DNA of 25,756 nucleotides, from positions 1-25,756 of the IMG/VR virus record IMGVR_UViG_3300005512_000294. One strand, 5' to 3'. This stretch comes from a virus. Taxonomy: Duplodnaviria; Caudoviricetes. Position 1 is the stretch's first letter. Each line of letters starts with the position of its first letter. A model generated the notes under the pieces. That model had not been told where the DNA came from and searched no databases. It was given only the letters and a program-made list of their open reading frames with translations. Shown here one piece after another: positions 24,301-25,756 of the stretch. Made by a program: the position numbers and the translations under genes.

Positions 24301-25755
24301 TCTACTAGTGGAGAAATTGTAAACTTAACTACAAGTTCAATTGCTTCCACTGCCTTATCGATAAATGTAACGGGTCTAACAAATATTACATCTTCTGATA
24401 CTATTAGTATCAACAATAGTATTGATATTTCTACAAGTGGAAATATTCAAACATCTGGCACAATTGAAGCAGATACTTCTATTGGTGTTGGAAATGTATT
24501 GACTATTGCTGGATCTGATATTTCTACATCTGGGGGAAATAATTTAACCTTAACTCCAGACGTATCGAGACTAGCAAAAGTAAATACAAATACAGCATTT
24601 GTGGTTCCTGTTGGTACTACAAATGAAAGACCACAGGCAGGTGTTGTAGAAGATGGTTCTATCAGATTCAATTCCCAAACGAATCAGTATGAAGGATATA
24701 CATCGACAACATCTTCTTGGTCATCTCTAGGTGGAATTAGAGATCTAGATGGCAATACTTATATTCTGGCAGAAGAATTTGTTGGAGCAAATGATAACAC
24801 ACTATGGTTCTACAACGATGCAGTTAATACAATAAAAGTAACTCCATCGGGAATGGATTTTAGATCAGTAAAAACTATTCAGTCATCTAACATTTCCGCA
24901 CCATCATTTACAGATTGGTTGTCAAATACTCCAGTACAAGATGACGATTATATTCGCTACAGAAATAATCTGTATAGAGTTACTCAAGGTGGCACGACAG
25001 ATACAACTGGAAACGAACCAACTCACACATCTGGTGCTGTACTAAATGGTTCTGCTGAATTGACTTTTTGGGGATTAGCAGTTGCTCCATTAGTATTTGA
25101 ATTTTGTGAGGAAGTTAGAATTGGTCCCAGTAAAGATGTCCCATTAGTAATTAGTTCCGAATTAAGATTCTTAGATAATGTAATCAGCACAGATCTACAA
25201 GATCTGACATTTAGACCAAATTCTGGTAAAAAAGTTATCATTGACACAAATACTAGTATTGCTATTCCAGTTGGTTCTACAGGAGATAGAGGAGTTCCAG
25301 TTCAAGGTTCTATCAGATTTAATACAACCAATTTTACGTATGAAGGATATGATGGAACTAACTGGGGATCTCTTGGTGGAGTTAAAGACGTTGATGGCAA
25401 TACATATATTATTCCAGAACTCTCACCTGGATCTAATGAAAATATTTTATATTTTTATAATGATGTCAACAATACATTACAAGTTACTCCATCTGCACTC
25501 GATTTCTATTCAATTGATACCATTAGATCAGTAACTTCAAATGAACTTGAGATTACTGCTTCTCTTTTAACATTTGATCAAGGAACTTCCACTTTTGATA
25601 ATACATCAATAGATAGAACCTTCTTACATACATCAAAGCAATATTTTGATTTGGGTCTTTCGGCTGGTGTTACTGTCGATCCTGTTCTAAGATTAGACGA
25701 TCAAGGCGATGTATATCTGAATATTGGTTTTGGAACTGGGGTATTTGAAGGAGTT
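21328..25755 (+). CDS. Large fibre-like virion structural protein (3'-partial, >=1476 aa; absent from the ORF track)
   Basis: ATG at 21328 begins MPAINVARTDTFEIQRTKINQI..., and manual translation shows no stop to the window end. It has fibre-type motifs (GTRPSPSLAFSSDSELGLY; two PVGxTxxR...GSIRFN...YEGY...WxSLGG units) and Gly/Ser/Thr-rich beta modules. Confidence 0.9.
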   Translation, partial: MPAINVARTDTFEIQRTKINQISEQIFNIAAGGSDLSTGFLKLGDGTRPSPSLAFSSDSELGLYKYGVGSLGFVSNSKDVFSYSDTEVSLYQSSNFTRRTIGTDANSVFILDPGSNYDPGSYTDIVLLGGSGSGALVDLEVYEHVGTSTIGTDYYGGTYTSISLDGGSGSGAAIDFTVEGIAGTITQSGSNYDSGLSTDVPLTNGNGSGAIADISVSELFVTLSSGGNSYPDGTFLDIPLTSGSGSGARVNIDVIGGAVGSVTVTNSGVGYTTSDVLSVSLFQPGTQIFDVTTATGVFNINGNSVVGFNLVNGNTYEFDQLDSSNDSSELCISTVDGDTSSALGVADGVTYVVNGTTYNTYSDYIANTSPSDTERKVVFSVPASPSNSNLFFFGPSGSGGGSITLVANSGTAAALDVSTAPGEVISVIITFSGSGYQQNDVLSATIGTGTGFQYTITNNPGILDSFDFASRGSGYLTGEVLTLPGVISGITATLEAEITGLTTTLVAANPQITVSSTAGIQVGYIISSSVGPGSTFPGATVASIDSPTQLTMSTFPDIPGGCTLTFTPPNPTEITVSDATGINVGSTVTVTSGSGSVLTGTTVVSASGTTVIISDPPTGAGSVTLSFSPPYGPGTGWSYTVDAVGAVGEASISQTSLGVGYLEGDILGINASELASPIDYTVTTRTVQVLNFVGTVNAAASGLSVGDLVEVQGSGGAGSEIYEISIDGSGNIDYIVLQEGNYQDGDVIIELGGSNTFTIDTQTTGFRFFIDTGSGAQYKPDITLYSGDTYRFDYSDPSNGSHQFSLSEFRDGVWSPSLIENVDVTLDSLTRVITIADTTNILVGMVVSVVSGNGSVSATTKVESVDSSTQLTLTELPLVGGESVITFAGEEYLVGTNRENNILEISITDDTPTLYYYCVFHPDMGGVDNDETVVTIDTNNPRVFGSGFSLRVDSIIESDVITNDIVEGKITCIDFESEDALITTGVITTLESTSGEIVNLTTSSIASTALSINVTGLTNITSSDTISINNSIDISTSGNIQTSGTIEADTSIGVGNVLTIAGSDISTSGGNNLTLTPDVSRLAKVNTNTAFVVPVGTTNERPQAGVVEDGSIRFNSQTNQYEGYTSTTSSWSSLGGIRDLDGNTYILAEEFVGANDNTLWFYNDAVNTIKVTPSGMDFRSVKTIQSSNISAPSFTDWLSNTPVQDDDYIRYRNNLYRVTQGGTTDTTGNEPTHTSGAVLNGSAELTFWGLAVAPLVFEFCEEVRIGPSKDVPLVISSELRFLDNVISTDLQDLTFRPNSGKKVIIDTNTSIAIPVGSTGDRGVPVQGSIRFNTTNFTYEGYDGTNWGSLGGVKDVDGNTYIIPELSPGSNENILYFYNDVNNTLQVTPSALDFYSIDTIRSVTSNELEITASLLTFDQGTSTFDNTSIDRTFLHTSKQYFDLGLSAGVTVDPVLRLDDQGDVYLNIGFGTGVFEGV
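23665..24105 (+). other. Cupredoxin-like domain with type-1 copper ligand motif (His...Cys-x2-His-x2-Met)
   Basis: PDITLYSGDTYRFDYSDPSNGSHQF has His at 23731; PTLYYYCVFHPDMGG has Cys 24079, His 24088 and Met 24097. Confidence 0.65.
24595..25530 (+). repeat. Two protein-level fibre repeats (~24595-24870 and ~25255-25530) flanking a putative carbohydrate-binding module (~24916-25074)
   Basis: Unit 1: VPVGTTNERP..GSIRFNSQTNQYEGY..WSSLGGIRDLDGNTYI..LWFYND. Unit 2: IPVGSTGDRG..GSIRFNTTNFTYEGY..WGSLGGVKDVDGNTYI..LYFYND. Between them lies WLSNTPVQDDDYIRYRNNLYRV...PTHTSG. Confidence 0.75.
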
Positions 25756-25756
25756 A

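Noticed and set aside
253-25534. About 30 short (60-110 aa) alternative-frame and antisense ORFs in the track
   Set aside because: They lie within or mostly overlap long + strand genes, show no recognisable motifs, and are expected as shadows of biased codon usage.
1-25756. Introns, inteins, homing endonucleases or tRNAs explaining the giant ORFs
   Set aside because: I saw no intein splice-junction, LAGLIDADG, HNH or GIY-YIG motifs and no frame interruptions. The intergenic gaps (54, 96 and 9 bp) are too short or filled by promoter/terminator elements.

Overview
The window is part of the virion-structure (baseplate/fibre) module of a T4-like myovirus, most likely a marine cyanophage. All real genes are on the + strand, in this order: (1) the 3' ~11 kb of a giant gp7-like baseplate wedge initiator, open from base 3, so the ORF track's GTG at 843 is internal; (2) gp8 baseplate wedge; (3) a 2715-aa VrlC/DUF4815-like structural protein; (4) a 68-aa coiled-coil protein; (5) a >1476-aa fibre-like structural protein from 21328 that runs off the window and is missing from the ORF track. 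T4-type late promoters and one intrinsic terminator punctuate the region. The main hunt results are: two phycobiliprotein-like helical domains with candidate bilin-attachment cysteines inside gp7; an intact type-1 (blue) copper ligand set in the fibre protein; repeated nested 'Russian-doll' domain architecture; a recent mosaic 192-bp tandem duplication; and a late promoter inside a hairpin next to the vrlC ribosome-binding site. Family assignments come from motif recognition by eye and reference sequences recalled from memory; no searches were run.
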